Of a stretch of DNA of 64,000 bases, positions 46,955-55,998 are shown piece by piece (position 1 is the first letter of the stretch; each line of letters begins with the position of its first letter). The notes below the pieces were generated by a model that worked only from the letters and a program-made list of their open reading frames with translations, was not told the DNA's origin and did not search any database. The stretch is taken from IMG/VR virus record IMGVR_UViG_3300032285_001531; one strand, written 5' to 3'. This DNA comes from a virus (lineage: Duplodnaviria > Caudoviricetes). Position numbers and translations under genes: made by a program.

Positions 46955-47110
46955 TTAGTTATAGCCAAGTTCAACATCTAACATATCTGCCTCAAGGACA
47001 GCATCCTGATAGTTATTTGCATTAAGTACTACAATATTACCATCCGAATAATTTGCGATGTAGGAGTCATGTCCTTCATCAAATGCAACATCAATAATAA
47101 AGTTGTCCAT
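46955..47110 (-). CDS. small acidic protein (51 aa)
   Basis: not in ORF track; TAATG coupling. Confidence 0.55.
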   Translation of the reverse strand: MDNFIIDVAFDEGHDSYIANYSDGNIVVLNANNYQDAVLEADMLDVELGYN

Positions 47111-47301
47111 TATTTCAATCCTTTAATATAGTTAATAACTTCATTTGCTTGGGTCAAGTCACTTACTGCTACTGCATCTTCAATCATATTTGTATGAATT
47201 TGATCCAACTGATTTAACAGTTTATCAATCTTTTGCCGTTTATCGTTATTCAATTTAATTACATAATGCTTATATGCATCATGGTGATTGTAGTTTTTCA
47301 T
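47110..47301 (-). CDS. hypothetical phage protein
   Basis: 63 aa, coupled. Confidence 0.6.
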   Translation of the reverse strand: MKNYNHHDAYKHYVIKLNNDKRQKIDKLLNQLDQIHTNMIEDAVAVSDLTQANEVINYIKGLK

Positions 47302-47492
47302 GCATCACCTAAGAATTTTGATTTAGTATTACTACGTTCTTCAATTGGGGCTGGCTTTGAACGAACTGGCTGTTCACCATTCATTTTATCTTTGGTCCAA
47401 TCTGCACCTTGTGTAATATCTTTGCCGATGCCGGATATAGTATTACAAGCAGTCAATGCCAGTAGCGAGGCTAAAATGATTATATTCTTCAT
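47298..47492 (-). CDS. entericidin EcnA/B-like lipoprotein
   Basis: LALTACNTISGIGKDI matches the entericidin core CNT..G.GKD. Confidence 0.75.
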   Translation of the reverse strand: MKNIIILASLLALTACNTISGIGKDITQGADWTKDKMNGEQPVRSKPAPIEERSNTKSKFLGDA

Positions 47493-47501
47493 AGTATCTC
47501 C

Positions 47502-47768
47502 TTAAAGTAAATCAACTTGTACATCAACAGAATGCGGATTCATATTATAATCATATACACGTATACGATGACCAATCCCACCACATTTTTCGCCTGCTTT
47601 CAAGTGTAGTGCCATTAGGTGCAGAGTTTGCTCTACTGCTTGATAGTGAGGGGTAGTTGCAAAACGAGTAACTATTTCGCCAACTGTCATGTAAATACCG
47701 ACACCTTCAACAATAACACGAATCTTTTGACTATTATTGAAACCTTTGATAACTTGTGGTTTGCGCAT
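47502..47768 (-). CDS. hypothetical phage protein
   Basis: AAGGA RBS before ATG 47768. Confidence 0.7.
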   Translation of the reverse strand: MRKPQVIKGFNNSQKIRVIVEGVGIYMTVGEIVTRFATTPHYQAVEQTLHLMALHLKAGEKCGGIGHRIRVYDYNMNPHSVDVQVDLL

Positions 47769-47787
47769 ATTTTTCCTTAAGAGTGTA

Positions 47788-47985
47788 TCAAAACAATGTA
47801 TTATAAACTTTCTTACGTACTTCAGTGTCAGTAGCTTTTTCAAGCCCTGTAACAGTGCTTATTTCAAGTAACATATTAAGAACTTTAGACCATGCTAATT
47901 TTTTAGAGATGGCAATTAATACAATTTCATGTACAGTATTATTGCCTATGTCAGTATTCATACCGTAGTCAAATTTTGCATTCAT
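47788..47985 (-). CDS. hypothetical phage protein
   Basis: follows promoter cassette and CAGGA RBS. Confidence 0.65.
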   Translation of the reverse strand: MNAKFDYGMNTDIGNNTVHEIVLIAISKKLAWSKVLNMLLEISTVTGLEKATDTEVRKKVYNTLF

Positions 47986-48017
47986 GATAAGTTCCTGTGT
48001 TGTTAGTTGATGTAGTG

Positions 48018-48046
48018 ATTATATGACCAAAATGATTTACTGTCAA
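48018..48046 (-). promoter_or_regulatory. sigma70-like early promoter
   Basis: TTGACA-17-TATAAT with ATCATTTTGG spacer on minus strand. Confidence 0.75.
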
Positions 48047-48166
48047 CCAAAAATTAATGTACCTATTAAATACCCTAATCCAACAGAAGTTAATGGAATA
48101 ATTGCTAATGTCAAAATGATTTTAGTTAAGTTATCAGTATGATCTTTCATGTCGCTCTTTTTCATT

Positions 48167-48424
48167 TTATGCCTTTAATAAGAAAAGTGTTGCATCTCTG
48201 CTATCACGAAAAAACAAGTGCAGTTCATACTCACGGTATTTACCTCTAGCTCCTTTTCGTCTCCACCCCGTTTGTTCTACTAATCTATAGAACCAACGTT
48301 TATCTTTACTTGTTCCACCTGAACCAAACAGTTTAAAACACAATTCCAAATCCTCTACATGATAGGAACCACGATCAATTTTAGTTGTTTTTGCCTGCAA
48401 TTTCAGCCCAGTCAACTTCACCAT
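48167..48424 (-). CDS. small phage protein, F-x-L-K family
   Basis: ends LFFRDSRDATLFLLKA; start uncertain. Confidence 0.55.
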   Translation of the reverse strand: MVKLTGLKLQAKTTKIDRGSYHVEDLELCFKLFGSGGTSKDKRWFYRLVEQTGWRRKGARGKYREYELHLFFRDSRDATLFLLKA

Positions 48425-48689
48425 GGTTATACCAACGATTTTCTTCATAGTTCCAGCGTCTTGTGTCATAGAAGTGTAGCATAATACTATAACCAAATAA
48501 ACCAATTTCAAAATGAACTCCAGCATAATCACTATGCGTAGATACATTAATTGATAACCTAACAATAGTTGTATCTTTACATATCTGTATTTCACCTGCT
48601 TTATTTTTGCTAATTTGATGATCTTTGTAAAAAATAGTATTCCACCGATCACTAAAAGGATTTACAATTCTAAGCTGAAATAAAATCAT
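48381..48689 (-). CDS. hypothetical phage protein
   Basis: 102 aa; HFYDTRRWN motif. Confidence 0.65.
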   Translation of the reverse strand: MILFQLRIVNPFSDRWNTIFYKDHQISKNKAGEIQICKDTTIVRLSINVSTHSDYAGVHFEIGLFGYSIMLHFYDTRRWNYEENRWYNHGEVDWAEIAGKNN

Positions 48690-49018
48690 TCTTTAATCTC
48701 ACTATTAGGTAAATTATATTCTCTCTCATATTGCGAGTTTATGCTGCCATTCTTTTCAGGACTAGGATACTTAATATTACTTTCTACTTCAAAGCCAAAC
48801 GATTTAAGTAAGTTTCTTTGATCTGCTTGGCTACCACATCTATCAGCACATTCTCTAACTATTGCTTCAACGAATCTACGTCCCTGCACACGCCATATAG
48901 GAGAATTGTAAATATTAAACCGTGTAGCTGCGGCTATATAATTGAAAACATCAGCATCATCAGGTAGCAGCATTGTATCATATGCTTGATAAAATTCAGG
49001 AAAATCAGACATAGACAT
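48686..49018 (-). CDS. hypothetical phage protein
   Basis: 110 aa, coupled. Confidence 0.65.
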   Translation of the reverse strand: MSMSDFPEFYQAYDTMLLPDDADVFNYIAAATRFNIYNSPIWRVQGRRFVEAIVRECADRCGSQADQRNLLKSFGFEVESNIKYPSPEKNGSINSQYEREYNLPNSEIKE

Positions 49019-49175
49019 CTACCTTGTTTTTGTTTACTACATTCATGTGATGTGCTTTCTTAAACTCTTTAAGTTTTTCATCACGTATATCCATCATATG
49101 TCTAAGTTGACCTGCACTATGATCCTGAATACGGATCTGTCTAAGTTGTTCTGCAAGTGAAATTTTAAATGTCAT
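49005..49175 (-). CDS. small hypothetical protein
   Basis: GGAG RBS before ATG 49175. Confidence 0.55.
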   Translation of the reverse strand: MTFKISLAEQLRQIRIQDHSAGQLRHMMDIRDEKLKEFKKAHHMNVVNKNKVDVYV

Positions 49176-49410
49176 CTTTAACTCCAAAATGTTCTTTGAA
49201 TTGATTAAGTACAATATTGCATGTACCGGTCATAATCATGCGAGTAGCTACATCAGTGGAGACTTCCTCTTTGGAAACTTCTCTGAATTTTTTTACCTCA
49301 CTTATACACTCAGCAATAATCAACTTAGCAAAGTCATTAACTAAATCTTCCCGATCTGTTACAAACCACAGTCCAGAATTCTTAGCAAGTTCTTCAATAC
49401 GGTTGTTCAT
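49165..49410 (-). CDS. hypothetical phage protein (MNNRIEELA family)
   Basis: paralogue of 10211-10444. Confidence 0.7.
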   Translation of the reverse strand: MNNRIEELAKNSGLWFVTDREDLVNDFAKLIIAECISEVKKFREVSKEEVSTDVATRMIMTGTCNIVLNQFKEHFGVKDDI

Positions 49411-49610
49411 TTTGCAAGTGCCTCTGCAAGGTAGTTATGGATCTCATCCATTTCTGCTTGCTCAACGTAAAAGTCTGTGGTAGGATCATAATACATGCCT
49501 TCTTTGACATCATAATATAACACACGACCGTTACTGTAATAGAAAGGACCTTCTAAACCCTTACGTGGTTGCCATTTAACATCACGGTCGCAGAGTACTT
49601 TGTATCCCAT
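49407..49610 (-). CDS. conserved phage hypothetical protein
   Basis: GLEGPF.Y.NGRVLYYD.KEG.YYDP.TDFYV. Confidence 0.75.
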   Translation of the reverse strand: MGYKVLCDRDVKWQPRKGLEGPFYYSNGRVLYYDVKEGMYYDPTTDFYVEQAEMDEIHNYLAEALAK

Positions 49611-49664
49611 GCTATTCTCCAAAAAGTTAAGATGAAGTAATTATATGATATGTCAGATCCGATG

Positions 49665-49820
49665 TCAAGCTTCGGGTAAATATTTTTTGTGTTTAGGTTG
49701 TCTTTTAAACAACTTCTTACTTTTAACAACTTTGGGTGTAAAGGGAGTATCGTTGTCAAAAAGAACACGATGGGCCCTAGTTTTGGGTGTTATGAGAAAT
49801 GTAATAGTTTCATGTTTCAT
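49665..49820 (-). CDS. small basic hypothetical protein
   Basis: after TTGACA promoter; K.RAHRVLF...TPF.PK..K.KK...R..KH. Confidence 0.55.
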   Translation of the reverse strand: MKHETITFLITPKTRAHRVLFDNDTPFTPKVVKSKKLFKRQPKHKKYLPEA

Positions 49821-49855
49821 AGTATTGATATTATATAACCGAATACTATTTATTG

Positions 49856-50167
49856 TCAACCGTTTTTTATTTCAAACTCAAATGATTTTACATTTTTGAT
49901 AACAAAACTACGCCAGCCCTTTTCCACAGTATCATATACTGCGATATATTCTTTGGATTTTGAAGTTTCAACTAGTTGACGTTTAGTTTCTCTTGTAGGC
50001 AATAAATCTTCTTTTAAGGTACAATGCATTGTTCGTTCAGTACCGTCTTTTTTATTAAAGACAATTTTAACTGTAGTTTCTTTTAATACTCCAGTAATCC
50101 ACACATTGAACTTATCCCACTCTTTGTCTGTCCAATCTTTTGTACTATCTACTTTAGTTAGGCCCAT
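49856..50167 (-). CDS. SH3/WYL-like small protein
   Basis: VFNKKDGTERTMHCTL...VYDTVEKGWRSF. Confidence 0.7.
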   Translation of the reverse strand: MGLTKVDSTKDWTDKEWDKFNVWITGVLKETTVKIVFNKKDGTERTMHCTLKEDLLPTRETKRQLVETSKSKEYIAVYDTVEKGWRSFVIKNVKSFEFEIKNG

Positions 50168-50448
50168 AGCATTCTCACTAAACCAATCATATCAATTGTT
50201 ACTAATAACATGTAGTTGGCCAACATGCCAAATGATTTGCGAGTGTAAGCAGCCCAACCATACAAGGCACAACCAGTGATCCAAATAGGATAGAGTAAAA
50301 GTAAAGGCGGATTTGGAACTGTGCTGGCCATAGTAATTGAACATCCGATACTAATTGTCCAGGCAGTGATTTCAACCATAAACCTAAAAGGATTAGTTTT
50401 GTAGTCATCTCTTATCCAACTAAAAATATTAAATAAAATATCATTCAT
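50158..50448 (-). CDS. small membrane protein
   Basis: 3 hydrophobic segments. Confidence 0.7.
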   Translation of the reverse strand: MNDILFNIFSWIRDDYKTNPFRFMVEITAWTISIGCSITMASTVPNPPLLLLYPIWITGCALYGWAAYTRKSFGMLANYMLLVTIDMIGLVRMLWA

Positions 50449-50549
50449 ATACAATCATAGCATAACTGCTATGATATATCAAACAATTCGGTTAACAAAT
50501 AAAATAATACAAACGGTGATGCAGAATAACAATGCTTCAGATATGATTA

Positions 50550-50729
50550 TCATTTTGCTTCTCTAAGTTGTCTACATTGTTCACGCATAGCAGGTGTGAA
50601 GTCAGGACTTATTTCTGCTATATCACAATTAGTTGAACCTTTAACTGGAACGTCGGACATCATTACTACACCAGTAATAGCTATAATAATCATAACTACC
50701 AATAATACTTCTTGCATAATTTTATTCAT
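50550..50729 (-). CDS. membrane-anchored small protein
   Basis: TM then CDIAEISPDF....REQCR; paralogue of 51812. Confidence 0.6.
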   Translation of the reverse strand: MNKIMQEVLLVVMIIIAITGVVMMSDVPVKGSTNCDIAEISPDFTPAMREQCRQLREAK

Positions 50730-51291
50730 CTTTTTCTTCCTCTTCGGCTTCTTTAGCCCAACGTGCCATGCGTTCAGTACGTTCACGTTTTTCTGTTTCC
50801 TCACGCTCACGTGTCATTTCATCAACATAGTCTGCATCACTATCACACATTGGGCATGTTTCTTTTTCATGATGTGATTCTTCTTCAGTCATATAATAAT
50901 CTTCTATTACAGAACCATCTTCACGACAGTGTACGGTGTTAGCATCATATCTACCACCAGTCCATTTACACTTAGTACACTTCCATACTGTAGGTTCTAC
51001 ATATGGTTGATGAACTTCCCATTCTTCTGCACTATATGTAACTTCGTATCCACCTTTGCGGTCAGTCCACCAATCATCTTCGTCAAGCCAATCCCATTCT
51101 AAGTCAATATTATTGTCCCAAGCATCACCGATAACTTGTTCAAAATCTTCTTCTCCACTTTCCAAGTCGGCTAGTAGTTGAGTTATTTCAGCTTCTTCAT
51201 AGTCAGGATATATCTCACTTAATATTGCTTCATTAAGTTCAATACCATATCTTCTTTCAACTTGGTGCCATTCGCTTTTAACTATTTGCAT
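50722..51291 (-). CDS. acidic protein with zinc-ribbon motifs
   Basis: CTKC and CPMC. Confidence 0.7.
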   Translation of the reverse strand: MQIVKSEWHQVERRYGIELNEAILSEIYPDYEEAEITQLLADLESGEEDFEQVIGDAWDNNIDLEWDWLDEDDWWTDRKGGYEVTYSAEEWEVHQPYVEPTVWKCTKCKWTGGRYDANTVHCREDGSVIEDYYMTEEESHHEKETCPMCDSDADYVDEMTREREETEKRERTERMARWAKEAEEEEKDE

Positions 51292-51478
51292 GTTCTACCT
51301 TTCGTTGCATGATAACACTAATCATAGTTGTTGGGATATACACTAATGCCCACCACCATGAATCATGGGCTATTAACTGAACCACAGTTATCAATACAAG
51401 TAAGTCAAATATATTGTATGATAATTTGAAAAAGAACCTGTTCCACATTCTAAGAAATTTCATAAGTGTATCTTTCAT
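51278..51478 (-). CDS. small membrane protein
   Basis: two TM segments. Confidence 0.6.
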   Translation of the reverse strand: MKDTLMKFLRMWNRFFFKLSYNIFDLLVLITVVQLIAHDSWWWALVYIPTTMISVIMQRKVEHANS

Positions 51479-51654
51479 TTATCTTTAAATTCTGAACATA
51501 CCATTTGAAAACGTTGATACTGAGAAGTTATTTGACTATGCGGAGCATTAGGATTTTTTAAACGATACATTTCCCTTTGTTCATCTATACAACTGTCAAA
51601 TTTACTACCACACGCAGATAATGCTAATATAAAAAATATAGTTAAGTATTTCAT
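51475..51654 (-). CDS. small lipoprotein (59 aa)
   Basis: not in ORF track; lipobox LSAC; AGGAG RBS. Confidence 0.6.
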   Translation of the reverse strand: MKYLTIFFILALSACGSKFDSCIDEQREMYRLKNPNAPHSQITSQYQRFQMVCSEFKDK

Positions 51655-51811
51655 AATTGAATCCTCCTATATATATTTATGGTTATTTCTTATCCGAATG
51701 TACGTCATCATGTAGTTTATTAACCTCATCTAAATCACGTTCAAATTTATCAAAGATAATCCAAAACAATAATAAAAATATTACTATAAGAATAAGAAAC
51801 TTTATCATAGT

Positions 51812-52021
51812 TTACCTTTTTAATGCTTTGCATTTAGCACGTACTTCAATGGGAGTACTTGCAAGATCAGCTAACTCGCAATTATACGAGATAACGTTTT
51901 TTTCAGTACCGGTAATCTCAGTCCAAAACAATACAAGAACACTAATGAATAGTGTCCATGAAATTATTAATGCACCTGTAACGATGAATAGTCTGTTTTG
52001 TAAATTGTACATGCTTAGCAT
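51812..52021 (-). CDS. membrane-anchored small protein
   Basis: TM then YNCELA....P.EVRAKC. Confidence 0.55.
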   Translation of the reverse strand: MLSMYNLQNRLFIVTGALIISWTLFISVLVLFWTEITGTEKNVISYNCELADLASTPIEVRAKCKALKR

Positions 52022-52061
52022 TATACACTGTTATGGCACAAGTGCAATATATTTGGTTAAA

Positions 52062-52526
52062 TTAATTGAGTTGGGAGAGTTGTTGCTGTTTTGCTAATTT
52101 TACTGTTTCTGTTAATAGTTTATCAAGCCTTTCATCTACATCTAATTCCCAAGGAGAATTCTTGTATTCATGATAATCTAAATTTTCAGGAAGTGTATTA
52201 TGATATGGGATGCCTCGCCAATAATATGTCCCATTATTTTTTATATCTAACATATTAGTATGTCGTTGACTAGCATGTATCAACTCATGCACTAATATTT
52301 CAGGGATACGTTCTAATGGAAGCTTACTGTTTAGACCTAATCTATTCGGGGTATGCTTATCTAATCCACCATATACATTATCAGGTAAATCATATATACA
52401 AACTTCAACAGTTTCAGGCAAAGGTATCAATGTGGAAAGTGCATGAGATAATGATTTAATCATAGTCTCACGCACTAGTCTGTATGTGTTTTTACTTTTA
52501 TCCTGATAGTAAAATTTTACTAGCAT
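52062..52526 (-). CDS. zincin-like metalloprotease domain protein
   Basis: LVHELIHASQ (HExxH) and Y..SPWE.D. Confidence 0.7.
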   Translation of the reverse strand: MLVKFYYQDKSKNTYRLVRETMIKSLSHALSTLIPLPETVEVCIYDLPDNVYGGLDKHTPNRLGLNSKLPLERIPEILVHELIHASQRHTNMLDIKNNGTYYWRGIPYHNTLPENLDYHEYKNSPWELDVDERLDKLLTETVKLAKQQQLSQLN

Positions 52527-52816
52527 TAATGAAGGGTTCTACTTTCTACAAAGTCAATATATTGTGATACTTGATCAATTAAATCTTCTTTGCTATACCC
52601 TAAATGTGATAATAAAGGTACTAATTCTATAAACATTCCAAAAGTGGCAGTTCCGTATATATAATTTTCATCTTCATTACCGTAGTCAAATTCTTGTAAA
52701 ACCGGCATTAATACGGTTTCAAGAAATTCACTTGCTTTCTTACCACTTTCTTCGTATTGCCATTCCTCATAAACTTCTTCTTCTATTTCTTCTATGACTT
52801 CAGTAGCTTTGCTCAT
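52526..52816 (-). CDS. acidic hypothetical protein
   Basis: 96 aa, coupled. Confidence 0.65.
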   Translation of the reverse strand: MSKATEVIEEIEEEVYEEWQYEESGKKASEFLETVLMPVLQEFDYGNEDENYIYGTATFGMFIELVPLLSHLGYSKEDLIDQVSQYIDFVESRTLH

Positions 52817-52871
52817 GGTATTCTTTCATAGTTAGTTGGATCTTTTATATATCCATAAGTATTTATAGATA

Positions 52872-53699
52872 TTAAACTTGATTTATCATTTGAAGCGATT
52901 TTTCTACTATTATTTTTCTTTCTTGTTTAGTCCGTGCGCCCAATACAGTTAAACTATATAATTTATTTTCACAATTCACTAACATAGTTATACAAAATCC
53001 AGCAGCGTTTGTAAAACCCGTTTTGATTGTTATTATACCTTCTTTACCAAACATTGTGCTTGTTGGAGAAACAATAATGTTAATTAGTCTATTCTTTTTT
53101 ATTGCATGTACAGTCAATGGTTTTTCTGTTTGTGCAGCTTCACGGAAAACATCGTATTTACTAACCTCTGCAGTCAATGTTGCAATATCACTTAACGTGC
53201 TACTGTTGTTAGCATCAAGGCCAGTTGGTTCATAAAATACAGTATTAAACATACCCAATGATCTAGCATTAGTATTCATGTCTCCGATGAAGTTATTGAA
53301 TCCACCCTTACCATTTTCTGCTAACGTAATAGCTGCTAAATTATCACTGTGTATCAGAGCTAATTTTACTAAATCCATCCTAGTCAGTGCCATACCCTTA
53401 TTTAATCTTGTATGATTTACTGGGCTATGTGTTACTGTTAACACCTCATACATATTCTCGTCATTCTTCATAACAGTATAAACTGTCATTAATTTACTTA
53501 TGCTGGCGATGCTCAATTTTTGATTATCATAGCTGCTGTTTACAACTGAATTATCAGTCAGATTAACCAACAGATAGTTAGCATGGGTGTGGATAACAGA
53601 ATGAACCTGTTTTTTCTGTACATGCTTTTTATGTCTTGCGTATGCTGTGTCCACTAATCCTAAGGACAATAGTAGCATCAATATAATTATTTTTCTCAT
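52872..53699 (-). CDS. D-alanyl-D-alanine carboxypeptidase/endopeptidase (peptidase S11, PbpG-like)
   Basis: signal peptide; SIASISK (SxxK), SDN, KTG. Confidence 0.9.
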   Translation of the reverse strand: MRKIIILMLLLSLGLVDTAYARHKKHVQKKQVHSVIHTHANYLLVNLTDNSVVNSSYDNQKLSIASISKLMTVYTVMKNDENMYEVLTVTHSPVNHTRLNKGMALTRMDLVKLALIHSDNLAAITLAENGKGGFNNFIGDMNTNARSLGMFNTVFYEPTGLDANNSSTLSDIATLTAEVSKYDVFREAAQTEKPLTVHAIKKNRLINIIVSPTSTMFGKEGIITIKTGFTNAAGFCITMLVNCENKLYSLTVLGARTKQERKIIVEKSLQMINQV

Positions 53700-53776
53700 A
53701 TAGTATTTAACTTGCCTTCAACAGTATACAATATGCTACGTTAAAAAGCAAATTAGCGGGCTACCCCGAAACAGCC

Positions 53777-53805
53777 AAAAAAATAGACCCCGAAGGGTCT
53801 ATTTT
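53777..53805 (-). terminator. intrinsic terminator
   Basis: AAAATAGACCC-CGAA-GGGTCTATTTT with A7 flank. Confidence 0.8.
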
Positions 53806-54382
53806 ACATAAAAACTCCAGTGTTTTTGCGGAATCCTACAGTACCACCTTCTTCCTTTATCATTTCAAACACTTTTTCAAGTAAAATGGGTCTAAAGTCA
53901 GTTCTCTCTACACAAACGTTAAAATAACTCGGATTAACGATTTTTTCACTCAAATACGTGTCTAACATCATTACACGCTTTTCATGCAAATGGCCATGAA
54001 TATTAGTACCAAATCTATACAGATTAGATTCATGTACTGGAATATGACTCAGTATCATACCGTTCATTACGTGATAGCTACGAATATCTCTAAAGTACTT
54101 GGTATAGTCCTCTAGCTTGAAGATGTCATGGTTACCTTTAATCAATACCTTATCTCCATTTAATCTATCCAGTACTGATAATGCTTTGCGATTTATAACC
54201 ACATCACCTAAATGATATACTTTATCATTAGGACGAACTGTTTCATTCCAACGCTTAATCATTTCCTCATCCATCTCATTAGGATCATCCCATGGACGTA
54301 GTTTTGTACCATCCTCACGTAGAAACTTACAAACGCCAGCATGACCAAAATGCGTGTCGCTTACTAAAAATGTTGCTGGCAT
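53804..54382 (-). CDS. calcineurin-like metallophosphoesterase
   Basis: SDTHFGH, YHLGD, KGNHD, SHIP, HGHLH. Confidence 0.9.
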   Translation of the reverse strand: MPATFLVSDTHFGHAGVCKFLREDGTKLRPWDDPNEMDEEMIKRWNETVRPNDKVYHLGDVVINRKALSVLDRLNGDKVLIKGNHDIFKLEDYTKYFRDIRSYHVMNGMILSHIPVHESNLYRFGTNIHGHLHEKRVMMLDTYLSEKIVNPSYFNVCVERTDFRPILLEKVFEMIKEEGGTVGFRKNTGVFM

Positions 54383-54384
54383 AC

Positions 54385-54600
54385 TTATCTCCTTTTCTTC
54401 CAATCATAATCTGAACCTGTTTCTGCTACACCTAACTTAGTAACACTGTCAGGATTATCAGAAGCCATGCATACAAAGGTACGATTATGTGTATTACGTA
54501 ATTCTTGCATCCAATTCAATGCTTCACGCATATCATTAAAATCTTGGTGTGTTGACTCACCACCTATATCAGTCCAATATACTTTAAATATAGTATTCAT
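54385..54600 (-). CDS. hypothetical phage protein
   Basis: 71 aa after minus-strand TTGACA promoter. Confidence 0.65.
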   Translation of the reverse strand: MNTIFKVYWTDIGGESTHQDFNDMREALNWMQELRNTHNRTFVCMASDNPDSVTKLGVAETGSDYDWKKRR

Positions 54601-54637
54601 GTATATATCATATCACCAGTTGAATAGTGTGTCAACC

Positions 54638-54667
54638 AAAAAAAAAGTTACTCTTAAGTAACTTTTT
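54638..54667 (-). terminator. intrinsic terminator after ppiC
   Basis: AAAAAGTTAC-TCTTAA-GTAACTTTTT. Confidence 0.6.
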
Positions 54668-54684
54668 CTGTTCTGCCGCAGAAT

Positions 54685-54954
54685 TTAAGCAGTGCGTTGA
54701 ATCAAATGATATCCAAACTGTGTTTGAACAGGATGACTTAAATCACCTACTTGCAAACTGAATGTAGCATCTTCAAATGGTTTAACCATTTGACCAGGAC
54801 CAAATGCACCTAAATCACCACCGTTTTGACCACTTGGGCATTTGCTATTTGTTCTTGCAACTGCTGAAAACTCAGCACCTGATTTAATTTGTTCACGTAA
54901 TTCATTTGCCTTCTCAAGGCTTTCTACTAAAATGTGACTTGCACGTACTTGCAT
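54685..54954 (-). CDS. ppiC: parvulin-type peptidyl-prolyl isomerase
   Basis: ASHILV, SKCPSGQNGGDLG.F..GQMV.PFE, TQFGYHLI. Confidence 0.93.
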   Translation of the reverse strand: MQVRASHILVESLEKANELREQIKSGAEFSAVARTNSKCPSGQNGGDLGAFGPGQMVKPFEDATFSLQVGDLSHPVQTQFGYHLIQRTA

Positions 54955-55113
54955 GATTTTCCTTTATAAGTTAAATAGGCTATATGGTGAAGCCAATTAC
55001 CCCCTTTAGTAATGCAGAAGGGACTGCAGGATACTGGAGCAACGGGTGTGATTTGAACACACGGTTTTACAGATTTGCAATCTGCTGCATTGGGCCGCTC
55101 TGCCACCGTTGCA

Positions 55114-55329
55114 TTAAAGCTTTTTGTATTCGTGTGGATACGTCAATACAAATAGAGTATAATCTTTATCATCTAAAAATTCAATGATTCTTTTACTATT
55201 ATCTACAAATTTGTAATTAATGATATTGTATTGTTTAGCCCAATTGCAAAATTTTTTATATCTATCATTTGCTTTATGAGGCATGCCTGCTAATGGGCCT
55301 GTTACTGAACATATTTCTACAAGTATCAT
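55114..55329 (-). CDS. small phage protein, F-x-L family
   Basis: ends IEFLDDKDYTLFVLTYP. Confidence 0.55.
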   Translation of the reverse strand: MILVEICSVTGPLAGMPHKANDRYKKFCNWAKQYNIINYKFVDNSKRIIEFLDDKDYTLFVLTYPHEYKKL

Positions 55330-55336
55330 AATTGTT

Positions 55337-55410
55337 TGGCTCCGGTTGAGGGAATCGAACCCCCACTAATGGTTTTGGAGACCATCGCACTGCCATTATA
55401 CTAAACCGGA
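55337..55410 (-). tRNA. tRNA-Trp(CCA)
   Basis: cloverleaf; ATGGT-CTCCAAA-ACCAT; GTTCGA; encoded CCA. Confidence 0.9.
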
Positions 55411-55415
55411 ATATG

Positions 55416-55616
55416 TTATCTTATTTTGTTTAGGTATTCTCTACCTATGTGACCTTCTTCGATTTCTCTTAATGCTGTTACTGTAGTTTTATCTTTAGTA
55501 ACAATTTTAGGTGCATGACCACTTTTCAATTCACGTGCCCTCACACTTGCAATTAAAATTAAATCATAAAGACCGCCTGCCGCCTTAGCAGCTAATTCAC
55601 TTGTTCTGCCTTTCAT
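55416..55616 (-). CDS. rpoZ: RNA polymerase omega subunit
   Basis: GLYDLILIASVRAREL...K..VTALREIEEG. Confidence 0.8.
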   Translation of the reverse strand: MKGRTSELAAKAAGGLYDLILIASVRARELKSGHAPKIVTKDKTTVTALREIEEGHIGREYLNKIR

Positions 55617-55636
55617 TGTATTCCCTTTATGTTTAG

Positions 55637-55708
55637 TGGGTGATTAGAGGGTCGAACTCCCGACATTCGCCGTGTAAAGGCGCTACTCTACCACTGAGTT
55701 AATCACCC
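55637..55708 (-). tRNA. tRNA-Val(TAC), CCA not encoded
   Basis: GGGTGAT/ATCACCC acceptor stem; loop TTTACAC; 3' end reads A-CTA. Confidence 0.85.
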
Positions 55709-55714
55709 AGTTGA

Positions 55715-55891
55715 CTACACTCTTTCAATACGAATTGACATTGATTCATCTAAATTTAAACTTGCAGGAATAAGTCCTGCTTCTTTATCAGCGAATACAA
55801 GGTCAGTAATTGCTTTAGGATTATAACTAGTTACATTTCCTAAATCAATCGTTTTGTATAATGTGTCGTTTATGTATACGTTTACTTTCAT
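55715..55891 (-). CDS. small hypothetical protein (58 aa)
   Basis: not in ORF track; MKVNVYINDTLYKTIDLG. Confidence 0.55.
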   Translation of the reverse strand: MKVNVYINDTLYKTIDLGNVTSYNPKAITDLVFADKEAGLIPASLNLDESMSIRIERV

Positions 55892-55907
55892 ACATCTATT
55901 TATTAAT

Positions 55908-55991
55908 TGGTGCGTAAGGAGAGACTCGAACTCTCAATCCTTTCGGCACTGGCTTCTAAGACCAGCGTGTATACCATTCCACCACTTACGC
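55908..55991 (-). tRNA. tRNA-Leu(TAG)
   Basis: CTGGT-CTTAGAA-GCCAG; long variable arm; CCA. Confidence 0.92.
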
Positions 55992-55998
55992 ATTAATA

